DNA from: the human T2T-CHM13v2.0 reference genome, Homo sapiens
Strand: one strand, 5' to 3'
Length of the DNA stretch: 64,000 bases
NCBI RefSeq assembly: GCF_009914755.1
Contig: NC_060931.1
Positions 13,599-26,534 of the stretch are shown here, piece after piece; position 1 is the stretch's first letter; each line of letters starts with the position of its first letter. The translations under genes and the position numbers were made by a program. Under the pieces are notes generated by a model. The model worked only from the letters and a program-made list of their open reading frames with translations. It was not told the origin of the DNA and did no database searches.

Positions 13599-14468
13599 CA
13601 GGATATGCCTGGAGATCCATATCGACCCCCTGGTTTTCCACATAGAGTAAGGAACAAACTCTTGGTCAAAAAGATTAATATCATAGGATCTCTAGCCAAA
13701 TTCACCCTTAATAAATAAGTCCAGAGAGTAATTAAAAAAAAAAAAAACAAGAAAACATGGGGACCAGGTAGGATTAGGATGAAGGGCAGAGGGTTCTAGA
13801 ACTATTTTTCTTTTGGAGCCTCTTCCATTAGTGAGGATGTCTCCTTCATATTTATTTTTGGTGCTAGGTTTCATAGTGCTCAACACATAGACCTGGGCTG
13901 GAGGCTGTGGAGAAAGGGCAGAGACCACATGCAGCTGTTTATCCCAAAAGTCAGTTTCCAAGAGCCGGCCTAACCCTGAAGGTGGATGGTTCAAAATATC
14001 TCATTTTTATGAGAAATAAAGGTTCATGATGCATGTCATTATCTCTACATTCACTCCAAGTCCTCTGTGGGTATGGCAAGACCACTTAGAAATTGTTATT
14101 ACAGGTGAAATGATGATCATCCATTCATTGCTTCCGTAAGTAGGAAGTGCTAGCAAGTTGAAGCTAGGTCAGTATTTTCATGGGATGACTGGAGACTGAG
14201 ATTCCTCCATCCTCATCTGCCCTTATGCAAGAAGGCCAAAAGGAAATAGGTTAAGATGTGTCAACTTTCTTCAAGAACATTCCTAAACTTTACATAAACC
14301 GTTTCAAATGTAGACCCCAGGTCTTATTTAAATGATAAAAGTTTAGATGCATGACAACAGGAAGGCCTTTGAGCCCGCTAACAAACAGCTATGTGGTGGG
14401 AAATTCCAGCCTCCTAATTCCATTCACCCTGATCCCATGATGCTCTTACTCTTTCTCTTTTTTCCTCC

Positions 14469-14828
14469 TGATATGGTTTGGCTGTGTCCCCACCCAAATC
14501 TTATGTTGAATTCCCACATGTTGTGGGAGGGACCTGGTGGGAGGTAATTGAATCAGGGGGGCAAGTCTTTCCCATGTTATTCTCGTGACAGTGAATAAGT
14601 CTCGTGAGATCTGATGGTTTTATCAGGGGTTTCTACTTTTGCATCTTCCTCATCTTTTCTTTGCCTGCTGCCATCCATGTAAGACATGACTTGCTTCTCC
14701 TTGCCTTCCACTATGATTGTGAGGCTTCCCCAGCCATGTGGAACTGTGAGTCCAATTAAACCTCTTTTTTTGTAAATTGCCCAGTCCTGGGTATATCTTC
14801 ATCAGCAGCATGAAAACAGACTAATACA
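14469..14828 (+). mobile_element. THE1 (A/B) MaLR solo LTR
   Basis: TGATATGGTTTGGCTGTGTCCCCACCCAAATC...ACAGACTAATACA; 5-bp TSD CCTCC on both sides. Confidence 0.93.
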
Positions 14829-15349
14829 CCTCCTTTCTTCAATTAAAACCTCACATACCTGACTTTATAATGCTTTGTGCTGATGAAACTCTCTCTTTAT
14901 ATAAGATATTTCCCTAGATATGTCCCTAAACCCAAGACAGCAGCACCAGGAAGGAGGTGACTGAAATCTCTATGGGACTGACAAGTGAGCTGAGACCCAA
15001 AGCAGTTAAGGGCTTCTAAGATGACACCACCAGTCAGTGGAAGGGCCTGGGTTATGGCTGGACATAGGGACTGAAAAGAGCAGGTGGTAAGGAAGCATGT
15101 GCTAGGAGGAACCTTGGGTGTCACAGGGAGAGGAGAACACCTAGGGGTGTGTCCACCCAGGGTCTTTGGCTGCAAATCACATAATTGGACACTGGTTTTC
15201 TTTAAAAAAAATTCACTGAAAAGATACTGAAGAGCTCCCCAAACTGAGTAGAGTTGAATGACTCGGCCACACGAAGGAAAGACCCTTGGCAGCCTGGCCA
15301 AGCAATCACAAACAACCTCCACTGACCTTCTGTGCCTCTCCTTCCCTGG

Positions 15350-15970
15350 CTTCCACCAGCATCTACTGGGCACCAACCACATGCCAGGCATAACCGTGGG
15401 ATCCAGGCTGCCGATAGGGAACTGTAAAATGCCCCGTCTTCAGAGAGGACAAATGCCAGGAGATGGGAAGAGCTAAGATGGAGGATGATCAGGTGAGAGT
15501 GGAGAGGTTACAGCCTCAGCATGTGGTCTCCTGGAATGGCCAGGAAGGCTTCTCTGATGAAGTTTAAACTGAGACCTGATAAGAGTGAGGAGCTGGCCGG
15601 GCGCGGTGGCTCACGCCTGTAATCCCAGCACTTTGGGAGGCCGAGGCGGGTGGATCATGAGGTCAGGAGATCGAGACCATCCTGGCTAACAAGGTGAAAC
15701 CCCGTCTCTACTAAAAATACAAAAAATTAGCCGGGCGCGGTGGCGGGCGCCTGTAGTCCCAGCTACTGGGGAGGCTGAGGCAGGAGAATGGCGTTGAACC
15801 CGGGAAGCGGAGCTTGCAGTGAGCCGAGATTGCGCCACTGCAGTCCGCAGTCCAGCCTGGGCGACAGAGCGAGACTCCGTCTCAAAAAAAAAAAAAAAAA
15901 AAAAAGAGTGAGGAGCTACAGGAGCAGCTGGGAAAGGAGTGTCCAGGCCTCCAGCAGGACTGAGGTTGGC
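15350..15970 (-). mobile_element. L2 remnant hosting the AluYb insertion
   Basis: CATCTACTGGGCACCAACCACATGCCAGGC and CAGGAAGGCTTCTCTGATGAAG..GAGACCTGA are typical antisense L2 3' motifs. Confidence 0.5.
15595..15903 (+). mobile_element. Very young AluYb (Yb11-type diagnostics)
   Basis: Yb 7-nt duplication CAGTCCGCAGTCC, plus TGGATCATGAGG, AACAAGGTG, CTACTGGGGAGG, GCGTTGAACC and TCCAGCC. CpGs intact; perfect 14-bp TSD AAGAGTGAGGAGCT. Confidence 0.95.
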
Positions 15971-15971
15971 T

Positions 15972-16131
15972 TGTATGTGTATAAGTATATACATAAGTGT
16001 GTGTGTGTATAAGTAAATATAGATATATATTTAAATTCCATATGTGTGTATATGTATGTGTGTAAACATACATATATATTTAATATAATATATAATATAA
16101 ATATATATATATATTTAGAGAGAGAGAAGAG
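15972..16131. repeat. (TA)/(TG)/(GA) low-complexity tract
   Basis: Mixed dinucleotide runs read directly. Confidence 0.85.
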
Positions 16132-16146
16132 AGGACTGTACATACC

Positions 16147-16386
16147 CAGTTTTTCCTTGATATCTCTGGGGAATTGGTTCCAGGGCCCTCAAGGGTACCA
16201 AACACTGGTGCTCACATCCCATATTGCTAATAGAGTAGTATTTACATATAACCTACATTGTTTAGGAAATGATGGCAATAAAAAACATGTATGTATTTAG
16301 TACAGACAAAATTTTTTTTCACATATTTTTGATCCCTGGTTTGTTGGATCCACAACTGGAAATCCAGGGAGATGGAGGACTGACTG
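16147..16386 (+). mobile_element. MER2 with internal deletion
   Basis: GAATTGGTTCCAGG...TTTACATATAACCTAC|ATTGTTTAGGAAAT...GGAGGACTGACTG. Confidence 0.75.
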
Positions 16387-16506
16387 TGTGTGTGTGTGTG
16401 GAGAGAGAGAGAGAGAGAGAGATTTAACAGAAAATAGACTTACTGCAGAAAAGCATTTACTCCAACTTTAATGTTAGGAGTGAGAGTGTGTGTGTGACTT
16501 CCACAG

Positions 16507-16899
16507 ATTTTAATAGTATATATTTGAGGTGTACAACAAGATGTTTTAATGTGTATATCATAGTGAACTGATTACCGTAGTCAAGCAAATTAACATATCC
16601 ATCACTTTCCATAGTTACTTTTCTGTGTATATGTGTGGTAAGAGCACCTAACAGCTACTCTCTTAGCAAACTTCTGGTATCTAATGCAATATTAACTGTG
16701 GTCTTCATGCTGTACCTTAGATCTCTAGATTATTCATCCTCCCTAAATGCAAGTTGTACCCTTTGACCTGCTTCTTCCCATTCCTCCCCCTCCCCACCTC
16801 TGGTAACCACGATTTTACTCTCTGATTCCATTTATTTGACTTATTTTTTAGATAGCACATTTAAGTGAGATCATGCAGTATTTTTCTTTCTGTGTCTGG
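16507..16899 (-). mobile_element. L1MA9-like 3' end
   Basis: TATATTTGAGGTGTACAAC..GTCAAGCAAATTAACATATCCATCAC..AGTGAGATCATGCAGTATTT. Confidence 0.82.
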
Positions 16900-19460
16900 A
16901 TAAGGAGAATAGATTTTAAGGGCTGTAGAAGTTTCGGGAAACCAAGAGACAGGGCTCAGTTGTAAGGCTCTTAGTGCCCCTTCGTTCCCTGAGACGGTGC
17001 CAAGTACTGCAGGGACAGCTTCTGGTCTTGTGCCTAGGGAGGGCCTTGTCGGCCCAGCCAGGCACAGTCCTGTTCATCTGCTGGAGGGCTGGACGCTGAG
17101 AACTGGCTGTCAGCTCATTTCATCTCCATGGACAGAACCGGGAAACTGTGTCAAAGGGTGGGATGAGCTGCTGACAGTCTGCAGTGCACGCTCCACAGGG
17201 TGGACTCACTGGTGACCCTCTTGGCACTCGGTCTTCTCATTTGGCCCCGAGAGGCACGTTTCTTCTTCTTGTCTAGTGCTGAAGAAACACAGCAAACACG
17301 CTGCTCACTGTCTTCAACATGACTTTGATGAGAAATCCTTCTTGTGCTCCACTTCCTATTTTCTTAGTATAGGACTATTTTATGAAAAAGTGGCCACACA
17401 GCTTTTGATGCCGTTTACTTTAAAAAGAATAAAAATAGTTACTGTTTTTAATACTTAAATCTACTTTCAAAAGGAAAGAAAGAACATTCCATAGAGTTAG
17501 TCCAGGGTCTCACGAATTTCCCAAGGGTTTCCATGACTCAGAAGTAGGAAGATTATAGACTGGCAAGCTAAGTGTTGATCCCAAGAGAAACCCATGAGAG
17601 ATTTTTAAGGACACAGGCTGTGAATACACCAAGAGGAAGGAGTGGCAAAAGGAGACAGTCGCCATTCGGAGCAGAAGTCAGATTCGAGTTCTGTTTTTCT
17701 GTTGTGTCTTGTACAATTTTCTCAAAGCACAGAAGAAAGCAGTGGTGTTTGCTGTCTTTACTGCTCATTCACTTAGTCCCTCATTTGCTCAGTGGGTTCA
17801 GGGCTGCCCATGTCCCAGGCTCCACACCGATTTCTTGGTTTAGAGACCAAGACTTGCGTGGGCTACCCTGATGGTGCATCCACACCATGGTAGTTTGAAC
17901 ATGTTTGTATTGAATTTAAATTATTAAATATGACAAATGTCGTAGCTTTGTAACAAAATCAAACTCCAAGATGGGCAAGTAGCCCTGTAATTGCCCTTGT
18001 GTGCCTCGGCTTCTTCAGTGTGGCGGCTTCCAATCGTATCTTGTGGGTGGGAGGCCCAGCTTGTTCTCTGACTTGTCTGCCTCTGTCCAAGCTGAAAGAC
18101 CCTCCCTCCTGCTGCTGCTTCCCTTCACCCCATGCTTCCAGGTCCACCGTGGCCATGGCTGTGTGAACTCACCCCACTTCATGTCTTGCTCTGAGTAACC
18201 TTCCTGCCCAGCTTCCCCGTGGTGAGTCATCTGTCACACACATGGGGCTTCTCTACCTGCCTCCCACCTGAGAGGCATTGGGATTGGTCTGTGGGCTCGG
18301 CGAATAGACAGAAAGGGCTGGGGAGGTTGACTGGTCCCCATGAGGATGCAGAAACTGAGGACACTGAAAACTTCCCATAAGTCTCCTACCAAACTCACTG
18401 GCAGAACCACCCATGTCAAGCATTGCAAATAAGAGCCACAGGGTGATTGGAACAGGTCCTGATAAAGTGATTGAGTGCATCATTGAGTAGGTGGGGAAGT
18501 ATTTTTTGGACAGCAGAACCTTTTTGCCCATTCCCAAGTCACCGAAAACTGTTGGAAGCCTAGCCTGCCAAATGAGAAGTATATTGCCTGAAATTTCTTT
18601 CAGGACAAATGCTAATCTTTTTTCTTATATTCCTTAGTTCTTATGTGGTTATTCTGCTTTGGAGGAAACTATATGACCAGAATTTATGTAAGGTATGTTG
18701 AAAAATGACACATGGCACTAGAAGGCTCCATTATAGTTTGCTGAAGAATTTTGGGAGCTCATGCAGTATTCATTTCATCCTCTATATATCCCGATAATCA
18801 CTCATTATGAAGAGACTTAACAAAAGGTGTGCTGTCAGCTTTGCCAATTAGTGTGTCCATCTGCCTTTGTTTTTGAATTCACTTTTGCCTGTGGTAGCAT
18901 GCTGTACAATAAATGTCCCTTTTTGGCCTGTTCTGTTGTATTTGATTGACAGTTTTATTTTTTTAGTTCAGCATATGTGTAATGAGTATGAGCAAATAAG
19001 GAGATGTCTGATGATGAGTCCTAATGAAGGAGAAATTGAGAGTTAGCTTGCTGGCTCCCGAACAGTTTAAGTCATGCAATCTAAGGAAAAATCAGTAAAT
19101 AGTACCAAAACAGGGAGCTGATTGAGCAGCTAATGGAGACAGGGCACTCTATTAGGAGTTTACTCACATTATCTCATGGAAACCTCCTTTTGACCTCTTG
19201 GGACATGCATTGCCATCTTCATTTACAGAGAAGAAAATTGAGATCCACAAATATTAAGTACGTAAATTCAGTGTCATAATGGTTTGAGTTGTATACCAGT
19301 AACATTTAAAAAAAAAACACTCAAAAGTGTTATCACTTTATCAAAAGCGTTATCTATGTGAACGTGTGTATGCGTGTGCACGTGTGGCCATCTGATACTT
19401 AAATTAGCATGGCCTCAAGATGAAGAGGGATAAACAGAGGAAACAGAAAAGGCTAGTGTC

Positions 19461-19765
19461 AGCCAGGCGTGGTGGCTCATGGCTGTAATCCTAGCACTTT
19501 GGGAGGCCGAGGTAGGCAGATCACCTGAGGTCAGGAGTTTGAGACCAGCCTGGCTGACATGGTGAAACCCTGTCTCTACTAAAAATACAAAAGTTAGCTG
19601 GGCTTGGTGGCAGGTGCCAGTCATCCCAGCTACTTGGGAGACTGAGGCAGGAGAATTGTTTGAACCTGGGAGACGGAGGTTGCTGTGAGCCGAGCCGAGA
19701 TCATGCCACCGCACTCCAGCATGGGCGACAGAGCGAGACTCCGTCTCCAAAAAAAAAAAAAAAAA
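19461..19765 (+). mobile_element. AluSx-type element
   Basis: Full dimer with poly-A; 16-bp TSD AGAAAAGGCTAGTGTC (19445-19460 / 19766-19781). Confidence 0.93.
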
Positions 19766-20834
19766 AGAAAAGGCTAGTGTCTCCTGGCAGAGCATTTCCC
19801 TGTTTAGGACCCCCTGAAGATGAGCACAAACCTATTGAAAGATGAGAGAAAGAACAAGAAACCAGAAGCAAGCCCTATTGTGTGATTGAATTACAATAAG
19901 ACAGACATGTGGCTTAATGATCAGTGGGAGATTAGGTTATGCTTAGTGAAGACCATGGCCTGGATGGAGACCTTGGTACTAAAGAGAATGAGCCCAGGTT
20001 CACAACTAAATTTCATTTTGAAAATAATTAATTTTTGTTTGCTTAGCAGTACTTTGTCCAAAATATTATAGGGAGAAATCTTGCAATTACAAGACCTAAT
20101 AGATAAATGTGTCCATAGGATGTCTAGCTGTGTGTAATGTGGGTATTGTTGCCAGGCAAAGGAAATTCTGTGCTGATCCCTGGGTGACTACCACTGTACC
20201 TATGGCCACAGTGAGTCTAACACTATACATCTCTCTCTAGGGCGGTGTGATACAACGCTGTGTAAGTTGTAAACACAAGGCAGTGAGGCGCAGCAATGCT
20301 GCCTTACTGCCCTTCATGTTCCATGGTGATGCCTGGCCCTGGAGGCTGGTGCTGGACACAGGGCTCCTGCTCTGCAGGGCCTGCTCAAAGCTTACTCAGT
20401 GATGTGCCATAGGCTAGACAGTTCAGAGGTGCTGGAGGCTGATGGGCTGAATTCAAATCTTGAGCTTAGAGTTGATGGGTATGTGAATTTGGAGTGGCAA
20501 ACGAGGGAACATTTTATTAAATGTGTAAGAGCCAAGCACATTATTAAGTCTTGTTTTCACAACACATCTGTGTGGTGTATATTAATGTATGTTATACATA
20601 TATGTTATCTTACATGTGAGAAACTTGGGGCTTAGAGTATTTCAGTGGAACAAGTAGGTTTCACACCTATTAAGGAGCAGAGACAGGACTCAGATCAGTC
20701 TGGGCCTCCAAAGCCCTCACGCTGTAAACTACTCTGACCTTACTCGGTGATGTGTCATAGGCCAGATGGCTCACAGGTGCTGGCCTTAAGCTCCTGCCTT
20801 TAGATGCTGATGCTTCCTGTAGGTTGAGTCAAAC

Positions 20835-20967
20835 GGCCTGCTTCTCCATCTGTCAAGGAGAACTGATGACTGCCTCTCTCACAGCGGCACTGTGAGGAGG
20901 AAATGAGGAAACAGATGAGTAACTGTGCCTGAGCACCGCACATAGTAGGTGCTCAATGAAAGTAACT
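20835..20967 (+). mobile_element. MIR core/3' fragment
   Basis: CTTCTCCATCTGTCAAGG...TGTGAGGAGGAAATGAG...CACATAGTAGGTGCTCAATGAA. Confidence 0.65.
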
Positions 20968-21149
20968 TCTCTTGGCCCATCACTGCCATGATCTCCTTTA
21001 GTGTGTTCACAATTTTACATACCCTCCCCAGTCCCCAAAGAAGAACATCTTTAGGGCAAAGTTCTTGGGTTCGATTGGTTTCACGGTCATTTTGATCACT
21101 CTGTTTCAGAACCACAGAACTTTTAGGCCTGGGGTAGATAGGAGATGGG

Positions 21150-21497
21150 TATATTAGTCCGTTTTCATGCTGCTGATAAAGACATACCCAAGACTGAGAA
21201 GAAAAAGAGGTTTAATTTGACTTACAGTTCCACATGGCTGGGGAGGCCTCAGAATCATGGTGGGAGGTGAAAGGCACTTCTTACATGGTGGCAGCAAGAG
21301 AAGATGAGGAAGAAGCAAAAGTGGAACCCCCTGATAAGCCCATCGGACCTTTTAAGACTTATTGATTATCACAAGAATAGCACGGGAAAGACTGGCCCCC
21401 ATGATTCAGTTACTTCCCATGGGTCCCTCCTACAACATGTGGGAAATCTGGGAGATAAAATTCAAATTGAGATTTGGGTGAGGACACAGTCATATCA
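21150..21497 (-). mobile_element. THE1A solo LTR
   Basis: TATATTAGTCCGTTTTCATGCTGCTGATAAAGACATACCC...CATATCA; 5-bp TSD ATGGG. Confidence 0.92.
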
Positions 21498-21616
21498 ATG
21501 GGGTTCTGAGGTGCAGGATGTATTGGGTAAACTTGAGTTAAGTTGTGTTACTAGAAGAAACAATGCAATTGATTTGCTGTCATGGTGACAGCACATGAAG
21601 TCATCTTTATGACTAG

Positions 21617-21856
<240 letters not shown>

Positions 21857-22831
21857 TAGAAAAAAAAATTGTTAAACCCATATTAAGTTAAATCTTTAAA
21901 TATATTTCAGCACTTAAAATGTCAGGAACAGAAAAGTTAAAAGTTGTACAGGTCAAAACCCAGAAAAGTTAAAAGTTTGTGTGTTTGGGAGGGACACAGA
22001 ATGTTTTCCTCTAGGCAAGGAAAGGCTGAAAACAGGTCTGTCCCCGGTTTCTGTGGCAGGTCTGTGAAGTGCTACGGTGAGGACCCCCCGGCAGCCTCTG
22101 CTCTCAACATATCCTCCGTGAATCAGTTCCGCCCTTCCCTGATTGCGGCTGTCTGAAAATAAATCCCTCTCTGAAAGCGCTCGTTGGTGATAATCATTTT
22201 ACTGGACATTTTATCAGGAGGCAGAGCCAATTGATGTGGTGTAACACAGAGCCCTGATGAAAACACCATCATGCTGCTTCCCGCTTCTCTCTTTCCTTCC
22301 TCGAGGTTCTATTTCTGCCAGCAATCTCATTTTTGCCACCAGTGCTGACGATAACGAAATCTCCTTATTGTCCTGTTGCTTTTGGATTCCAACGCGCCTT
22401 TCTGAGGGCCACCCAGCTCCTTCCTGCCACTGCGGTGCATCCCGCGCAGATGCCACTCCCACACACAACTGGGCTGCTGTTCTGGTGTCCTTTACCCACT
22501 CTTCCGCTAAGGTGCTCTGTCAGCGCTTTTTCTTCTTTTGAGGATCTGTCTCACCTCCGTGCCTCGGGGCCACCGACCTAGTGAAGGATGGACACGTGCC
22601 CCAACAAGCCTCCCTCTCCCGGGAATGGGGCTCTCCTGGGACCCGGTCAGTGACCCCACAGCCGTCTGCTCCTGGGGCCTTGAGGCCTACTCCAATCCTC
22701 ACCCATGTCCATGGCTCTGCATTGTCTTTAGTGGTATCCTGTATCTGAGTATCAATTTTAGCTGGAATATTTTGTATTGCTGGAAAATGAAGAAAATTAA
22801 GTGATGGAAACATTCATCAGGATATTAAAAC

Positions 22832-22957
22832 TTTTTGAATTGATTTATCCTAGTTGTACGTATTTTGGGGGGTACATGTGATATTGTGATACATTTATAC
22901 AGTGTGTAATCATCAAACTAGGGCAATAGGGTTATTCAGTACCTCAAACATTTTATC
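22832..22957 (-). mobile_element. Short L1MA 3' tail fragment
   Basis: GTTGTACGTATTTTGGGGGGTACATGTGATATT...ACCTCAAACATT. Confidence 0.7.
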
Positions 22958-23122
22958 AGACTGTTACTGTAATGAACGTTTTCCCATATTTCTGCTTATA
23001 CCGATTAAGTAAATTTTAATTTCCTTGACCATAAAATAAGTGCTTGCTGTGAGAGTAGACAAGGAACTTTGGGATGAATCCATGCTCCCTGCATGACTCA
23101 ACGTTTGAGGACCAAGCAGCCA

Positions 23123-23211
23123 CCACACACAGGCACACACAGGCACACAGAGTTGCACAGAGTCACACACAGGCACACACAGGTACACACAGCCACACAC
23201 AGGCACACACA
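23123..23211. repeat. Degenerate (CACACACAGG)n 10-mer tandem repeat
   Basis: Repeated CACACACAGG / CACACAGAGT units read directly. Confidence 0.8.
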
Positions 23212-23956
23212 GTGGTGCTGCGTCCTGGCTCAGGGAGGGGCATGTGAGCCGTGGCCCTCAGAGGTGAGCTCCTGCTGGGACTGCCAGGTCAGGCCCTCCT
23301 CCAGGACATCACTGGGACCTCACTTACAGTTGCTGTCACCAACCTACCATCACCTCACATTGTCCCGACAGTGATTCTGCCCTTGAACTTATTTCTGCTT
23401 TCTCCCATGGTCCAAGTCTCAGCTTAGCCTGGCCTGCACAGTGGCCTCATGCTGGTTAGTCTGGTTCAGCACAGACAGTCAAGCCTCACTTTACATGCTG
23501 CTGTCATGCTCCCCTGGGAAACTCCATAAAATCACACACATTTCATACCAGAGGGACTTAAAAGATCATAGAGCTTTGAAAGTTATATTTTGCTTTGCAA
23601 CTTTCTTCCCCAAATGTTTTTGCAAAAGCCTAAGTGGCTCTTGGAACAGCGGGGCTCCCAGGAACACAGCTGGAGCAGGGCCCTCTTCAGCCTCCCTTAG
23701 AATGCGAGGAGACTGAGGAGTAGACGAAGCTCAATAGCAGCTAAAATGGTGGTGGTGGAGTGCAGAAGAAAACTCAAGGCTTTTTTTTTCTATCATTATT
23801 CCAATTTTTATTAACTTAAGAATGATCTTTTGGTCTGTGAAGGATTTTTCATTTATACCCTCTTATGCCCTAGTCTAACATTTTGCAAAAATTTAACCCA
23901 GCAAAACTAGGATAAGTTAATTAGATGTGTCAGGAAAATGAAACCAGGCTAGTACT

Positions 23957-24314
23957 TGATATGGTTTGGCTGTGTCCCCACTCAAATCTCATCTTGAATT
24001 GTAGTTCCCATAATCTCCATGTGTTGTGGGAGGGACCCAGTGGGAGGTAATTTAATCATGGGGGCAGTTTTCCCCATGCTATTCTTGTGATAGTGAGTAA
24101 GTTCTCATGAGATCTGATGGTTTTATAAGGCGTTTCCCCCTTTGCTTGGTTCTCATTCTTTCTCCTGCCATCCAGTGAAGAAGTGCCTTCTGCCATGATT
24201 GTAAGATTCCTGAGGCCTCCCCAGCTGTGTGAAACTGTGAGCCAATTAAACCTCTTTCCTTTATAAATTACCCAGTCTCAGGTATGTCTTTATTAGCGTA
24301 AGAATGGACTAACA
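23957..24314 (+). mobile_element. THE1C/D solo LTR
   Basis: TGATATGGTTTGGCTGTGTCCCCACTCAAATCTCATCTTGAATTGTAGTTCCCATAATC...AATGGACTAA. Confidence 0.9.
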
Positions 24315-24372
24315 AGGCAATTTTATTGGTCCTCTTTGAGGTCAAATTTGAGAAGATTCTAAAAAGTGCTGA

Positions 24373-25842
24373 TGTTAAAAAAAAACCACAAGATCTGTAA
24401 ATTTGGAAAAAAGACCTCATTTCTCATAAAGAGTTACAGCCTGCAAGGAGGCCATCCTGACAGGCTGGGAAGTGTAACCACTGTTAGCAGATGCTTCAAG
24501 GGAGGGAAGGGTGGAACAGGGATTTGTGCTGAATGGGTTGGCTCCATGTACACATTCAACAGGTTACAGAAGTAGCTATGAATACTCAGGAAAGGGTCTC
24601 AATGAATGCACACAGAATAAATATTCACAACACGCATGTTACATATGACCCATATTCCCCTTGTGGTGGAGTTTTCACATTTAAATACATTCCCATCAGG
24701 TCCTATCCTTCAAAAGGTGAAGCAGGAGAGTGCATGTAGGTGCTCAGTGTGCAGCCTCAGTGAACCATTCAGACTCAGCCCATGGTTCATGGTCTTTTCC
24801 ACGAGAAAGTCACTGAAATCAGCCTGTGTCCAGTCAAAGCTGTAGTTATGGCTGTGAAGTGAGGTCAGTCAGTCAGCGTTGGGCAGTGGATGCACTGCAC
24901 TTGTTTCAATGTGGCTCATCTCCAGGCCAGTGCTTGTTTAGCTGCTGGAGAAGAAGAAAACCTTGTGGCAGTTAGAACAGAGTTGATTCTTTAAGTGTAG
25001 AGATGAGTGACGTAACCCTTGCCTGGCATGGCCTTAGGTCCTGTTTATGATTTGGTATCTTACTGCCACAAAGAGTTCGTTCTGTCAGTCCTATGACCTC
25101 TATTTTAATATGAATGCTAGTCAGTTGTTGAGTCTAAAATGAGAAAGGCAGGGGGCATGATGACGTGGGTCTGACCTCCCATCCCGTTGTTACTGGAAAA
25201 GTGGTCTTGATCCAGACCCCAGGAGAGGGTTCTTGGATTTCCTGCAGGATGGAATTCAAGATGAGTCACAGAATGTAGTGGGAAGAGAGAGTTTATTGAA
25301 AGCTCCTTAGTTACAGAGTACGGCATCTTCAGAAAGCAAGAGAAACAACACCTCGGCTTTGTTTTTGTTTTTCTTATATAGGAGTTTTGTCTATGTAAAG
25401 ACTAAACTTACCTGTGCCTACATGTGGGTTGGCTGGCAGCATGACAAAACCTATTATTCTATTGACTTAAAGAAAACAATCCTTGACATTTTAGTGTGTG
25501 AGTACATCACAGCATAACTATAATTACCTTGAAAGCATATATTGCTATGGGCATTGGGACATCTGGACTTTCTGTTTTATAGGAGTGTGTCCTTGCAGGT
25601 ATCTTTAGGCTGTTTCCTCCGCTATAAACAGCTTATGACCATGGGTCGTGACTGGCAAGGTATGTGCCTTGTTAGTCTCCAGATGGAGCTGAACATGAAA
25701 TGGACTGGGCTCTCCTAGCCTCCTGCTTCCTTAACACTGCCATGGCCAGGAACTCAATTTTTATAGTTTCTCTGGAGTCCTCTTGGCTAAGAGGGGTTAG
25801 TTCAGTCAGTTGGGGGCCTTATAATTCTATTTTTTGTTCTCA
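24373..25842 (-). mobile_element. MER4-group ERV1 LTR (LTR39/MER50-like), split by a MER41-type LTR
   Basis: TGTTAAAAAAAAACC...GTGTCCAGTCAAAGCTGTAG...CCTCCCATCCCGT | CATGGCCAGGAACTC...CTTGGCTAAGAGGGG..TTGGGGGCCTTATAATTCTATTTTT is a MER4-group terminus. Exact subfamily uncertain. Confidence 0.7.
25188..25736 (-). mobile_element. MER41-family LTR (MER41E-like) nested in the preceding LTR
   Basis: TGTTACTGGAAAAGTGGTCTTGATCCAGACCCCAGGAGAGGGTTCTTGG...CTCCTGCTTCCTTAACA, with TG..CA termini. Confidence 0.8.
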
Positions 25843-26109
25843 AATATAAAGAAGAGAAGGAAAAATACAGTAAGAAATAGATGTCAGGGCACTTCCAATG
25901 TGATGTGTACAGATATGGGGACAAGCAGAAAATTTCCCAGTAGAATTGCAACGAGGCATGGTCCTGGAGGAGATGAGAGTGTGTGGAGGATTACTGGAAT
26001 GTAGAGAGTTGGGAGAAGCACAAGACAGAGAGCTGGGTGGTGGGAAGGAGAGTCTGCTGGGACTCAGTCCTCTGCAGAGCATGCATGTAATTTCTGAGAG
26101 TGGCTTGCA

Positions 26110-26213
26110 ACTTGAGCCTCATGTTCCTGATTTGGTAGGCTTGGGTGGGGCCCAAGAATCTACATTTCTAACAAGGTCTGAGCTCATGTGGATGCTCATT
26201 TGAGAACCTACTG
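26110..26213 (-). mobile_element. MER5 fragment
   Basis: GGGTGGGGCCCAAGAATCTACATTTCTAACAAG...TTTGAGAACC. Confidence 0.6.
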
Positions 26214-26247
26214 CTTTATAATATTTATGGTTATATATTCATTGTGA

Positions 26248-26534
26248 TTTTTTTTTTTTTTTTGAGACGGAGTCTCACTCTACCACCCAGGATGGAATGC
26301 AGTGGTGTGATCTTGGCTCACTGCAACCTCCGCCTCCCAGGTTCAAGCAATTCTTGCCTCAGCCTCCTGAGTAGCTGGCATGCGCCACCAGGCCCAGCCA
26401 ATTTTTGTATTTTTAGTAGAGACGGGGTTTCACCATGTTGGCCAGGCTGCTCTCAAACTCCTGACCTCAGGTGATCTGCCCACGTTGGTCTCCCAAAGTG
26501 CTAGGATAACAGGCATGAGCTACTGGGTTTGGCC
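26248..26534 (-). mobile_element. AluSx-type element with a small internal deletion
   Basis: Poly-T plus antisense Alu; TSD ATTGTGATT. Confidence 0.92.

Noticed and set aside
19008-19131. ATGATGA ... CTGA as a C/D snoRNA, or CTGATGA..GAAA as a hammerhead ribozyme
   Set aside because: No terminal stem or recognisable guide, and hammerhead stems I-III cannot be formed.
20279-20311. Small hairpin GGCAGTGAGGCGCAGCA-A-TGCTGCCTTACTGCC
   Set aside because: Short and bulged, with no supporting context.
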